A stretch of 64,000 bases of DNA from Methanobacteriota archaeon (GTDB lineage Archaea; Thermoplasmatota; E2; DHVEG-1): the NCBI GenBank assembly GCA_963769885.1, contig CAVYNH010000007.1, positions 288,001 to 352,000 on the forward strand, in the 5' to 3' direction. Positions 29,574-39,417 of the stretch are shown piece after piece (positions within the stretch are counted from its first letter, which is position 1; each line of letters opens with the position of its first letter). The translations under genes were made by a program, and so were the position numbers. The notes beneath the pieces were generated by a model. The model had not been told where the DNA came from. It ran no database searches and saw only the letters and a program-made list of their open reading frames with translations.

Positions 29574-31016
29574 ATGAACCACACACTATCGCATCTCTTC
29601 TTCGCCCTGTTCTGCAGCTTACTCTTCCTCGGCCAACTCACCATAGCTCAAGCCACGCCGACCAAGACCGCCTCGCAGCCGAAAAGCCTCGCCCTCTACG
29701 ACCTCCTCATCATCACACCCCAACAATACCTCAACGAACTCCGACCCCTGGTCACCCACAAGAACTCTCTTGGCGTGAGAACCAGGATGGTCTCCTTATC
29801 CGACGTCTACCACCAGGAGTTTTGGGGCCGCGACAACCCAGAGAAGATCAAACTCTTCATCAAACAAGCAGTCGAGGCATGGGGCATCAGCTACGTCATG
29901 CTCGTCGGCGACTTCACCCAGATGCCAATCCGCTACGTCTACAACGCGGACAACAACACCGGCTGGCCCGAGCCCATGTTCATCTCAGAACTCTACTACG
30001 CCGACCTCTACGACAGCACCGGCAACTTCTCCAGCTGGGACACCAACGGCAACGGCCGCTACGGCGAATGGTTCGGCAACACCTCCGAAGACCCCAACAT
30101 CGACCTCTACCCCGACGTCTACGTCGGCAGACTCGCCTGCCGCAACGCCGGCGAAGCCCGCACCATGGTCCACAAGATCATCACCTACGAGAACACCGCC
30201 TACAACGCCTCCTGGTACTACCGCATGGTCGTCTGCGCCGGCGACACCTACCCCGAGGCCCTCAACCCCAACTGGACCGGCTACGAAGGCGAAGAAAACA
30301 CCCAAGACGCCCTCGACAACATGACCGGCTTCACCCCCGTCAAACTCTGGACCTCGGACGGTTCCTTCACTGGACCCAAGGACGTCATCCGCGCCATTAA
30401 CAAAGGCTGCGGCTTCCTCTACTTCGAAGGACACGCCAACGCCTACCACTGGAGCACGCACCCGCCCAACGACCCCAAGAACTGGACCGACGGCCTCTCA
30501 ACCACCAACATGCACGACCTCCACAACGGACGCATGCTCCCCATCTGCGTGGTCGGCGGCTGCCATAACAACGAGTTCGATGTCACCCCCCGCAACATCA
30601 TCAAGGGCCTCCTCACCCAAGGCCTCCGCTACTTCCACCGTCACCCCGCCGGCGACTTCTGGCATTTCACCTGGATCAAGGAATGCTGGGGCTGGACCCT
30701 CACCAGACTCGCCATTGGTGGCTCCATCGCCACCATCGGCTGCACCGGCCTGGGCATGTCCAAAGAAGACAAAGAATCATTCAGCGGCGCCGGCGACTAC
30801 CTCGAACCCACCTTCTTCTACGAAGTCGGCACCAACCACTCAGACATCCTCGGCAAAGCCTGGGGCAACGCGATCCGTGACTACCTCAACCGCTACCCCA
30901 TCGACTGGAACACCAGGGCAGCCTGGGACTCCGCCATCGACGCCAAAACCGTCCAACAATGGGCGCTCTTCGGCGACCCCAGCCTCAAGATCGGCGGCTA
31001 CCCACCGACTTCTTAA
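29574..31016 (+). CDS. Secreted C25 (gingipain-like) cysteine peptidase
   Basis: Signal peptide; ELYYAD, PDVYVGRL, EGHA, GGCH, LFGDPSLKIGG. Confidence 0.85.
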   Translation: MNHTLSHLFFALFCSLLFLGQLTIAQATPTKTASQPKSLALYDLLIITPQQYLNELRPLVTHKNSLGVRTRMVSLSDVYHQEFWGRDNPEKIKLFIKQAVEAWGISYVMLVGDFTQMPIRYVYNADNNTGWPEPMFISELYYADLYDSTGNFSSWDTNGNGRYGEWFGNTSEDPNIDLYPDVYVGRLACRNAGEARTMVHKIITYENTAYNASWYYRMVVCAGDTYPEALNPNWTGYEGEENTQDALDNMTGFTPVKLWTSDGSFTGPKDVIRAINKGCGFLYFEGHANAYHWSTHPPNDPKNWTDGLSTTNMHDLHNGRMLPICVVGGCHNNEFDVTPRNIIKGLLTQGLRYFHRHPAGDFWHFTWIKECWGWTLTRLAIGGSIATIGCTGLGMSKEDKESFSGAGDYLEPTFFYEVGTNHSDILGKAWGNAIRDYLNRYPIDWNTRAAWDSAIDAKTVQQWALFGDPSLKIGGYPPTS

Positions 31017-31084
31017 CCTATTTTATCTCATTTCTTCGTAAAGATTTAAAAAGGAAAAGAACCATGAAAACAGGGGCATACACT

Positions 31085-32500
31085 ATGACGCATCCGCACC
31101 CGAAGACCACCATCCTCCTCATCCTCACCACCATCCTCCTCACCCCACTCCCAGGCCTCACAACCGCCCAATACACCCACGCACTGACCACACCAGAGCA
31201 GCCCACCCTCGGGCCCGGCATCTACCAACTCCTCATCATCACCCCCAAAGAATTCGCTAACGCCCTCGAACCACTCCGGGCACACAAAGAAACCATCGGT
31301 ATCCACACCCGCATCATCACCCTCACCGACCTCTACACCTACGCCCCCCAAGGCCGCGACAACGCCGAAAAAGTCAAACTCTTCATCCAACTCGCCATGC
31401 AACACTGGGGCATCCGCTACGTCCTCCTCGTCGGCGGCCGCAGCAGCCAGTTTCTCAACCGCTGGTACTGCCCCGTCCGCTACGTCAGCTCCAGCGACGA
31501 CTGGGAAACCCAATACCTCTCCGACCTCTACTTCGCCGACATCTACAACGCCACCGGCCAATTCTCCACCTGGGACTCCAACAACAACAACCTCTATGGT
31601 GAATGGTACCCCGGCGAGGCTGCCCTCGACACCGACATCGACTACACCCCCGACGTCGCCATCGGCCGCCTCCCCTGCCGTAACACCCGAGAAGTCACCA
31701 CCATCGTCAATAAGATCATCACATACGAGAACACCGCCTTCAACTCCACCTGGTATCACACCTTCCTCGTCGCCGCCGGCGACACCTACCCCGCCTGCAC
31801 CAACGCCAGCTGGGTCGGCTACGAAGGCGAATACTACGGCGACCGCGCCATCGAAAACATGACCGGATTCACCCCCACCCGGCTCTACACCTCAACCCAG
31901 GCCTTCCAAACCAAAGACGACATCATCACCGCCCTCCACGCCGGCGCTGGGTTCGTCTACCTCGTCGGCCACGGCAGCCCAAAACAATGGGGCAACCACG
32001 CGGCGAACAACACCACCTTCATCCAAGGACCAAACACCAATGACATGCGCAAATTCCGCAACGGCGACCGCCTCCCCATCTGCGTCGTTAGCGGCTGCCA
32101 CAACTGCCAGTTCGACGTCTGCCTCCGCCGCGGCCTGAACGCGACCCTCCGCTGGCGACAGGAATACATCCCCGAATGCTGGGGCGAACGCTCCCTCTCC
32201 ACCCGCAACGACGGCATGGTCGGCACCATCGGCGTCACCGGCCTCGGCTATACCAAAGAAGACAAACACTCCTTTAAAGGCGGCATCAACGAACTCGAAG
32301 TCGCCTTCTTCACCGCCTACGGCCACAACCACAGCCTCCGCCTCGGCGACGCCTGGGCCGCAGCCGTCACCTGGTATACTCACACTTACCCCGTCGACCC
32401 CGCCTCCCCCGGCGGCACCGACACCTGGATCGACTCCAAAGTCGCCAGCTCCTGGATCCTCCTCGGCGACCCCAGCCTCCAACCCGGCGGATACCCCTAA
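31085..32500 (+). CDS. Secreted C25 (gingipain-like) cysteine peptidase, tandem paralog
   Basis: SDLYFAD, PDVAIGRL, VGHG, SGCH, LLGDPSL. Confidence 0.85.
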   Translation: MTHPHPKTTILLILTTILLTPLPGLTTAQYTHALTTPEQPTLGPGIYQLLIITPKEFANALEPLRAHKETIGIHTRIITLTDLYTYAPQGRDNAEKVKLFIQLAMQHWGIRYVLLVGGRSSQFLNRWYCPVRYVSSSDDWETQYLSDLYFADIYNATGQFSTWDSNNNNLYGEWYPGEAALDTDIDYTPDVAIGRLPCRNTREVTTIVNKIITYENTAFNSTWYHTFLVAAGDTYPACTNASWVGYEGEYYGDRAIENMTGFTPTRLYTSTQAFQTKDDIITALHAGAGFVYLVGHGSPKQWGNHAANNTTFIQGPNTNDMRKFRNGDRLPICVVSGCHNCQFDVCLRRGLNATLRWRQEYIPECWGERSLSTRNDGMVGTIGVTGLGYTKEDKHSFKGGINELEVAFFTAYGHNHSLRLGDAWAAAVTWYTHTYPVDPASPGGTDTWIDSKVASSWILLGDPSLQPGGYP

Positions 32501-32566
32501 AGAACCACGACCGCCTCTCCTGGCCTACGGATAGATTTAAAAAAGGAGACCTTCTTACTGTCTGCC

Positions 32567-32782
32567 ATGACGCTTCCACTCGACGTCCTGGAGAAATCGG
32601 TGAACCAAAAAGTCAGCCTCCTCCTCAAGGACGGCCGCCACATCGAAGGCAAGCTCCTCGGCTTCGACGAATACATGAACCTCGTCCTCGACGAAGTGGA
32701 AGAATCCAAAGACGACACCAAAAAACGCCTCGGCCGCATCATCCTACGCGGCAGCAACGTCGTCAGCGTATCCTTTATATAG
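32567..32782 (+). CDS. Sm-like (Lsm/SmAP) RNA-binding protein
   Basis: Sm1 GKLLGFDEYMNLVL and Sm2 IILRGSNVV motifs; 71 aa. Confidence 0.93.
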   Translation: MTLPLDVLEKSVNQKVSLLLKDGRHIEGKLLGFDEYMNLVLDEVEESKDDTKKRLGRIILRGSNVVSVSFI

Positions 32783-32830
32783 CCCGTCCCTTCCGAAAAA
32801 AATATAAAGGGGTATCGCTTATTTACTCGT

Positions 32831-32912
32831 GGAAGGAATTGGGCTGGTAGTTGTTGTTTTGTTAGAGTGCATCCCATCCCCTCCTAGTGAGGCCAGCCGT
32901 CCTTCCCTTTTT
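32831..32912 (+). ncRNA. Candidate small hairpin RNA downstream of the Sm gene
   Basis: BRE/TATA-like cgaaaaa-aatataaa at about -30; stems GGAAGGA/UCCUUCC and GGCUGG/CCAGCC; U-rich loop; 3' U-tract. Confidence 0.5.
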
Positions 32913-32973
32913 CATACCATCCGTCTACAAACTTTTTAACACCACACACCATTTCTCTCCCACGACCTGACCT

Positions 32974-34641
32974 ATGCCCCGGACCATCACCGCCCAACGC
33001 GGCACCACCCTGCGCTGCCACAGCTGGAAACAAGAAGCAATCCTGCGCATGCTCGAAAACAACCTCGAAAACGCAGAACTCCCCGACGATCTCATCGTCT
33101 ACGGCGGCACCGGCAAAGCCGCACGCACCTGGGACTGCTACGACGCTCTCGTCACTACACTCCAAAACCTCGCCGACGACGAAACCATGCTCGTCCAATC
33201 AGGAAAACCCGTCGCCGTCTTCAAAACCTGGCCCACCGCCCCCCGCGTCCTCATCGCCAACGCCAACCTCGTCCCCCACTGGAGCGACTGGGACCACTTC
33301 CGCCAATACGAAGCCCTAGGCCTCACCATGTACGGCCAAATGACCGCCGGCTCCTGGTGCTACATCGGCACCCAAGGCATCATCCAAGGCACCTACGAGA
33401 CCTTCGCCGCCTGCGGCCAAAAACACTTCCACAGCGACCTCTCCGGCCGCATCGTCCTGACCGGCGGTCTCGGCGGTATGGGCGGCGCCCAACCCCTCGC
33501 CGTGACCATGAACCACGGCGTCTGCCTCGCCGTCGAATGCGACGAACACCGCATCGACCGCCGCATCAACGACGGCTTCTGCGACCGAAAAACCACGGAA
33601 ATTGCCGAGGCCGTCGACCTCGTCCAACAAGCCGCAGCGGACCACAAATCCCTTTCTATCGGCCTGCTCGGTAACTGTGCCGATGTCCTCCCACAACTCG
33701 TCAAAGAAGGATTCCATCCTGACATCGTCACAGACCAGACCTCCGCCCATGACGAGCTCAACGGATACGTCCCAGTAGGATTCGCCGGCAAGACGCTTCC
33801 TGAAGCGATGAAGCTTCGAAAGACGAACCCTGAGGAGTACATCGCTCGGTCCCTGCAAAGCATGAAGCAACACTGCAAAGCCATGCTTGATTTCAAAAAG
33901 AAAGGCTCAATCGTCTTCGATTACGGCAACAACCTCCGCGGCCAGGCTCAACGAGCGGGCCTGAAAACCGCGTTCTCATACCCCGGCTTCGTCGCCGAAT
34001 ACATCCGACCCTTGTTCTGTGTCGGCCGCGGCCCCTTTCGATGGATCGCGGTCACAGGGAACCCGGATGATATCAAGAAGACTGACGCCCTTGTCCTTGA
34101 CATGTTCCCAGAGAACTCAGTGCTCGTGAACTGGATCCGCCTCGCACAAAAGCATATCCCCTGGCAGGGGCTGCCGGCAAGGGTCTGCTGGCTCGGCTAT
34201 GGCGAACGGAAGAAGTTCGCACTCGCCATCAACGCGTTAGTTAGGGCTGGCGAAATCGGACCGATAGCCATCACCCGGGACCATCTGGACACCGGCAGCG
34301 TCGCCTCCCCCTACCGAGAGACCGAGGGGATGCGGGATGGTAGCGATGCAATTGCGGACTGGCCACTTCTCAATGCGCTGGTGAACTGCGCCGCGGGCGC
34401 GGATAGCGTCCATATCCACAACGGCGGCGGGGTCGGCATTGGTTTATCCACCCATGCCGGGATGGTGGTCGTCTGCGACGGCTCTGCCCAGACGGATGAG
34501 CGGATCGCCCGGGTGTTCACCACTGACCCGGGGATCGGGGTGGTTCGTCACGCCGATGCAGGGTACCCAGAGGCCCTTGACATGGTTGCTCGTTCTGATC
34601 TGAATCTGCCCATGCTTGCATGCCGGAAGAAAGAGAAATAG
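32974..34641 (+). CDS. hutU: Urocanate hydratase
   Basis: [53 protein letters not shown]. Confidence 0.96.
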   Translation: MPRTITAQRGTTLRCHSWKQEAILRMLENNLENAELPDDLIVYGGTGKAARTWDCYDALVTTLQNLADDETMLVQSGKPVAVFKTWPTAPRVLIANANLVPHWSDWDHFRQYEALGLTMYGQMTAGSWCYIGTQGIIQGTYETFAACGQKHFHSDLSGRIVLTGGLGGMGGAQPLAVTMNHGVCLAVECDEHRIDRRINDGFCDRKTTEIAEAVDLVQQAAADHKSLSIGLLGNCADVLPQLVKEGFHPDIVTDQTSAHDELNGYVPVGFAGKTLPEAMKLRKTNPEEYIARSLQSMKQHCKAMLDFKKKGSIVFDYGNNLRGQAQRAGLKTAFSYPGFVAEYIRPLFCVGRGPFRWIAVTGNPDDIKKTDALVLDMFPENSVLVNWIRLAQKHIPWQGLPARVCWLGYGERKKFALAINALVRAGEIGPIAITRDHLDTGSVASPYRETEGMRDGSDAIADWPLLNALVNCAAGADSVHIHNGGGVGIGLSTHAGMVVVCDGSAQTDERIARVFTTDPGIGVVRHADAGYPEALDMVARSDLNLPMLACRKKEK

Positions 34642-34710
34642 AATCGCATTCATCGCTTTTTTCGTAGAGAAATCGAAAGAAATAAATACAAGCAATGACA
34701 AATAATAACA

Positions 34711-34825
34711 TGGGTAGGAATGATGACCGCTCAACTATTGCTTACGTACACCTCGGGACGCCTCTATAATCTGGGTCTTTTTGCACTGTACGTCTATACC
34801 TACGTGCCTTTCTGAGTTCTACCCA
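34711..34825 (+). ncRNA. Candidate box C/D-like RNA between convergent hutU and hutH
   Basis: Terminal stem UGGGUAGGA/UUCUACCCA; box C AUGAUGA 34720-26; box D CUGA 34812-15; TATA-like element ~30 nt upstream. Confidence 0.45.
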
Positions 34826-36342
34826 AGGGTCCCAGTGACGCCTTCGACCTCTCGGAGTATTTCCCCGGATTTTACCAACGCCTTCATCACGGTGTGATCA
34901 GGGTAGAGAGGCCGGTCCTCATCGAGGAATCGAACGTGTTTGCGGATGACTTCCTTTGCCTTGGCTACGCCGGCTCCGACGTGGTAGTCCCGGAAATCCA
35001 GCGCCTGCGCGGCCGCCATGAATTCGATGCCGAGGATGCCGTAGGCGTTATCTAAGATTTGCATATTCTTGATTGCGGTGTTCATCCCCATAGAAACAAA
35101 GTCTTCCTGGTCTGCGGCAGCGGGGATGGATTGAATTGAAGCGGGGGCTGACAGGATGCGTTGCTCGACGATGAGATGGTCCGCGGTGTACTGACTAAGC
35201 ATCATCCCAGAGAACATGCCTGCTCCTTTGGTGAGGAAGGCGGGAAGCCCGGCGCTGAGCGCAGGGTTGTTCAAACGGTTCATCCGCCGCTCAGAGAGGA
35301 CGCAGATCATGGTAACGGCGGTGCCGGCCATGTCCATGGGCAGAGAGACGGGGGACCCTTGGAAGTTCGCCCCGGAGAGCTGCAGGTTTTCCTTGGGGAA
35401 GAAGATGGGGTTGTCACCGACGCCGTTGAGTTCGGTTTCGACTTGGGACCTGGCGTAGGCCAAGGCGTCGTGGGCGGCGCCGATGACCTGGGGGGTGGAT
35501 CGCATGGAATAGGCGTCCTGGATCTTGCATTTGATCTTACCTTCGATGAGGTCGCCGCCTTTGATGCATTGTTGGATGGCCTTGGCGCTGCGGACGGCGC
35601 CGGGGAACCCGCGTACCTCATGAATCTTGATGTTGTAGGGTTTCATGTTCGCCTTGAGGGCTTCAAGGGACATGGCTGCGGCGATCTCCGCTTGTTTGAG
35701 GAACTGGTTGGCATCGTGGCAGAAGATGGCGCTCATGGCGGTGAGCATGTTGGAGCCGTTGATGATGGCGAGGCCGTCTCTGGCTTCGAGCCCTGGGGGC
35801 GCGATGCCGGCTTTTTTCAGGGCGTCTCTGCCGTTGAGCAGCTCGCCTTTGTAGTAGGCTTCTCCTTCTCCGAGCATGAGGAGGGCGATTTGTGACATAG
35901 GGGCGAGGTCGCCGCAGGCGCCGACGGATCCTTTTTGGCAGACATAGGGGGTAACGTCTTTGTTGAGCATGTCGACGAGCGTCTGGGTGATTTCGGGGCG
36001 GCATCCGGAGTTGCCGTGGGCGTGGACGTTGATTCTGGCCAGCATGGCGCCCCGGACGTACTCCAGGGGTGCTGGGTCGCCGATGCCGGCCGCATGGTTG
36101 TAGATGAGGTAGCGTTGGAAGTCTTTGATTTGTTCGTCGTTGAGGACGACCTCGGAGAATTCTCCGATGCCAGTGTTGACGCCGTACATGATTTCGTGGG
36201 CGGTGATTTTTTTTAGCAGCATTTCTCGGCAGGTGATGAGGCGTTGCATGACTTCTTTGGGGAGGCTGACGGGTTCGTGGTGGCGCGCGACTTGTACGAG
36301 TTTGTTGACGGTCAGTCCTGATCCGGTGATGGGTAGTGTCAT
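34819..36342 (-). CDS. hutH: Histidine ammonia-lyase / aromatic amino acid lyase
   Basis: YGVNTG, GSVGACGDLAP, GLAIING, QDAYSMR, DNP, QEDFVSMG; next to hutU. True start ATG 36342. Confidence 0.85.
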   Translation of the reverse strand: MTLPITGSGLTVNKLVQVARHHEPVSLPKEVMQRLITCREMLLKKITAHEIMYGVNTGIGEFSEVVLNDEQIKDFQRYLIYNHAAGIGDPAPLEYVRGAMLARINVHAHGNSGCRPEITQTLVDMLNKDVTPYVCQKGSVGACGDLAPMSQIALLMLGEGEAYYKGELLNGRDALKKAGIAPPGLEARDGLAIINGSNMLTAMSAIFCHDANQFLKQAEIAAAMSLEALKANMKPYNIKIHEVRGFPGAVRSAKAIQQCIKGGDLIEGKIKCKIQDAYSMRSTPQVIGAAHDALAYARSQVETELNGVGDNPIFFPKENLQLSGANFQGSPVSLPMDMAGTAVTMICVLSERRMNRLNNPALSAGLPAFLTKGAGMFSGMMLSQYTADHLIVEQRILSAPASIQSIPAAADQEDFVSMGMNTAIKNMQILDNAYGILGIEFMAAAQALDFRDYHVGAGVAKAKEVIRKHVRFLDEDRPLYPDHTVMKALVKSGEILREVEGVTGTLG

Positions 36343-36448
36343 TTCAGATCCCCGCCGAGGTTTTTCTTCGCCTGGCAGAATGTGTAAGGACCTGGTGTTT
36401 TTAAAGTATTCTTCCAGAGAAAAAAGCGGGGTGTGGTTTGGGTTGGGG

Positions 36449-37765
36449 TTAGGTCGGCGTGAGGGTGAGGAGGAATGGTCCGAGTTCGTAGGCGGAGGCG
36501 GTTCGTTGTGTCCCGGTGTGGTTTTCTTCGGTGGCGGTGATGGTGATGTCGACGGGTCCGATGCCGATGGAGACGAGTCGATGCTGGAGAAAATCTCCGG
36601 GGATGAGGCTGTCGGGTGCCGTCCAGGTGTGGGTCTTGGGGTGGAGGTGGAAGTAGCCGGCGGAGATGTCGATGGTGAGGTTGACGTGTTGTGCGGGGGC
36701 ATCGCCGGTGTTGGTGACGGTCGCGGTGCAGCCGAGTCCGCCGGTGATAGTGGTGATGGTGAGGATGGGGCGGGTCTGGTTGGCGAGTTCGGCGAGGGTG
36801 GCGAGGATGAGGCGGGAGAAGTGGGCGGCATAGGTGAGGTTCATGTGGGCGATGGTGTCGTTTGCGGAGTGGTAGTAGGCGTTGAATTTGAATTCGTGGT
36901 AGAAGACGGCTTGGTAGCCGTAGTCCCAGAAGGAGTTGTGGTCGCTGCCCCAGATGTAACCCATGTGGATGATGGTGAGGTTGATGGCGGGGTGGTAGAT
37001 GGTGCTGATGGTGTCTGTGTAGTTGCAGATCCATTCGGAGGCGTTGTCGTAGAAGACTTTGGCGGTGTGGGCGTCTTCGGTGGTTTCGGCGTAGGCGATC
37101 ATGTCGGCGTTGAGGACGGCGATGATGCTGAGGCCTTGTTCTGCGGCTTCTTGGGCGTAGTAGTGGCTGCCGATGAGGCCTTGTTCTTCGCCGGAGAAGG
37201 CGACGAAGCGGATGGTGTGGGTGAAGTGGGAGTCTTTGAGGAGGTGGGCGGCGGCGAGGACGGCGGCGACGCCGGAGCCGTCGTCGTCTGCTCCTGGGCC
37301 TTGGGGGACGCAGTCGTAGTGGCCGCAGATGATGAGGACGGGGCTGCTGGTGGTGCCGGGGAGGGTGGCTTCGATGTTGCTGGCGTTGAGGGCGCCGTCG
37401 GTCCAGTTGTGGTAGCGGACGGGGAGGCCGAAGGAGGCGAAGGTGGTGTAGAGGTAGTGGGAGGCGTTGTCGCAGGCGGGTGTGCCGGTGACGCGGGGGC
37501 CGAAGCTGGTGAGGTTTTCTTCGAAGCCGAGGATGAGGCTTTCATTGAGGGCAAGGAGGAGGTTGGTAATGTTGGGATCGGGGCTGGCTGGGGCTGGGGT
37601 GGTGAGGGGGGTGCGGTGTGGGGCGGGGCTGGGTCTGGGGTAGGGGAGGAGGCTGGGGTGGTGGGCGGCCCAGGGGGTGGGTGTCGGGCCTGCGGACGCG
37701 GCGGGGATTAGGAAGATGGTGGTGAGAAGGATGGCGAGGGCTAAGGAGAGTGTGTGGTTCATCAT
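36449..37765 (-). CDS. Secreted M28 family aminopeptidase
   Basis: CGHYD, GADDDGSG, FSGEEQGLIGS, NADMI, GSDH, YHSAND: full ligand set. Confidence 0.9.
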   Translation of the reverse strand: MMNHTLSLALAILLTTIFLIPAASAGPTPTPWAAHHPSLLPYPRPSPAPHRTPLTTPAPASPDPNITNLLLALNESLILGFEENLTSFGPRVTGTPACDNASHYLYTTFASFGLPVRYHNWTDGALNASNIEATLPGTTSSPVLIICGHYDCVPQGPGADDDGSGVAAVLAAAHLLKDSHFTHTIRFVAFSGEEQGLIGSHYYAQEAAEQGLSIIAVLNADMIAYAETTEDAHTAKVFYDNASEWICNYTDTISTIYHPAINLTIIHMGYIWGSDHNSFWDYGYQAVFYHEFKFNAYYHSANDTIAHMNLTYAAHFSRLILATLAELANQTRPILTITTITGGLGCTATVTNTGDAPAQHVNLTIDISAGYFHLHPKTHTWTAPDSLIPGDFLQHRLVSIGIGPVDITITATEENHTGTQRTASAYELGPFLLTLTPT

Positions 37766-37887
37766 GGTGGTCTTCCCCCATATGTGGCTCTGGGATGGTT
37801 TGTTGGGTGGTTTAGGAGTGGGTTTGTGGCTTATTATACTTTTCTTTATAAGGGCGGAGAACGAAAAAAGGGAGGTGGGTTGTGGTT

Positions 37888-39417
37888 TTAGGAGACTGAT
37901 CCGCCTTTCCAGAGGTTGTCTTTCATGGGTCTGCCGGTTTTTTTCTCCCAGTCTTTGATGGGGATGCTGTGTTTTTCTCTGATGCGGTCGCCGTAGCCAA
38001 GGCCATTGTAGCTGCAGAAGGGGATGATGCCTTCTTGGGTGGTGTAGTGGATGCAGCAGCGTTGGAGGCGGTCGATGTTGAGGTTGAAGGAGTCCATGAA
38101 CCACATGCTGCCGACGAAGAGGCTTTTGTAGTGGAAGCCGCGGAGGCTGTCGTAGCTGCCGCCGACGGCGGCGTCGAGAAGGATTTTTTTGAGGTCGAAG
38201 CCTTGGGGGGCTTTGGTCTTGTCGACGAACTTGTCGATGTTGCGCAGGAAGGAGGCGCCGACCCGGATTTTTTTCAGTGGTCCGGTGACTTTGCTTTGCT
38301 CGTGGATGAAGGCGATGAATTTTTCGACGTCGATGAAGCGAGTGATGGGGAGGATTTTGCCGTTTTCGTAGAAGAGGTAGGTGGCGCCGCCGCAGCCGGG
38401 GTGGGCGGTGAACTCGACTTGTTTTTCGCCTTTGAGGGTTTCGATGAGTTCGCTGACGGGGTAGACGAAGGGGACGGGGTAGAAGTCGTCTCGGGTGACG
38501 TCGCCGTGGAATTCCTTTTCGATTTCTTCCATCATCCTGACGTAGTCGACGCGTTGTTTTTCGCGGGTCTCGTCTTTGATTTTGGTGATGCGGCCGCAGA
38601 AACTGATGGGCTGGAAGTTGACGCCGCGGATGATGTCGATGTTGTCCAAGGCGAATCTAATGATTTTGCCGGTCTCGTGGATGTTTTTGCCGCCGATGAG
38701 GACGGGGACGAGGACGGCTTTGAGGTTGACTTCTCTGAGGTTCTTGATGGCCTGGTGGAGCTGGTCTATCCAGGGGTTGGTCTCTTTGGTGACGCCGTCG
38801 AAGCTGAGGTAGACGGTGTTGACTTTGGCTTCTTTGAGCCGGCGGCAGTAGTCGACGCTGTCCGCGAGTTTGATGCCGTTGGTGTTCAACTGAATGTGGG
38901 AGAAGCCCATGTCGCGGGCGGTTTTGATGATGTCGAGGAGGTCTTCCCTGATGGTGGGCTCGCCGCCGGTGATCTGGATGGCCTTAGAGCCGACGGGTTT
39001 CTCATCCCGGGCTTGTTTGAGGAGGGTCTTGATCTCGTCGAGGGTCGGCTCGTGGACGTAGCCGGCGGCGCCGGCGTTCATGAAGCAGTAGCCGCAGCGC
39101 AGGTTGCAGCGGTTGGTGACGAGCAGGTTGGTCAGGACGCTCTGGGAGCGGTGCTCGGGGTAGAGTGGGGCGTCGCCGAACAGGGTGGTCTTGACGTCGG
39201 GGGAGGGGTCGCCGAGCTGGGCGTACTTCATCCAGCGGGTGTAGAGGTTGACGTCGCCGAAGTAGATGTCTTTGAAGGACCCGTGGTCTTTGCAGGTCTT
39301 GGTGATCCAGACGCGGCCGTTCTCCTCTGCGATGGTCGCCTCGATTTTGGTGATTTTTCCTTCTTGGAAGCAGGCGGGGCAGACGGAGGCGGTCTTCTCG
39401 AGTTCTCTCATACTCAT
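37888..39417 (-). CDS. tes: Radical SAM tetraether lipid synthase (Tes/MJ0619-like)
   Basis: N-terminal CPAC...CKDHG; CNLRCGYC; ITGGEPT; RGVNFQP; HPGCG; C-terminal CCIHY...IIPFC. Confidence 0.85.
   Translation of the reverse strand: MSMRELEKTASVCPACFQEGKITKIEATIAEENGRVWITKTCKDHGSFKDIYFGDVNLYTRWMKYAQLGDPSPDVKTTLFGDAPLYPEHRSQSVLTNLLVTNRCNLRCGYCFMNAGAAGYVHEPTLDEIKTLLKQARDEKPVGSKAIQITGGEPTIREDLLDIIKTARDMGFSHIQLNTNGIKLADSVDYCRRLKEAKVNTVYLSFDGVTKETNPWIDQLHQAIKNLREVNLKAVLVPVLIGGKNIHETGKIIRFALDNIDIIRGVNFQPISFCGRITKIKDETREKQRVDYVRMMEEIEKEFHGDVTRDDFYPVPFVYPVSELIETLKGEKQVEFTAHPGCGGATYLFYENGKILPITRFIDVEKFIAFIHEQSKVTGPLKKIRVGASFLRNIDKFVDKTKAPQGFDLKKILLDAAVGGSYDSLRGFHYKSLFVGSMWFMDSFNLNIDRLQRCCIHYTTQEGIIPFCSYNGLGYGDRIREKHSIPIKDWEKKTGRPMKDNLWKGGSVS

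Noticed and set aside
36343-36831. N-terminal extension of hutH in the ORF track (similarly for the M28, arcC, HAD and second tandem C25 ORFs)
   Set aside because: Overlaps neighbouring genes or promoters; family similarity begins at downstream ATGs.
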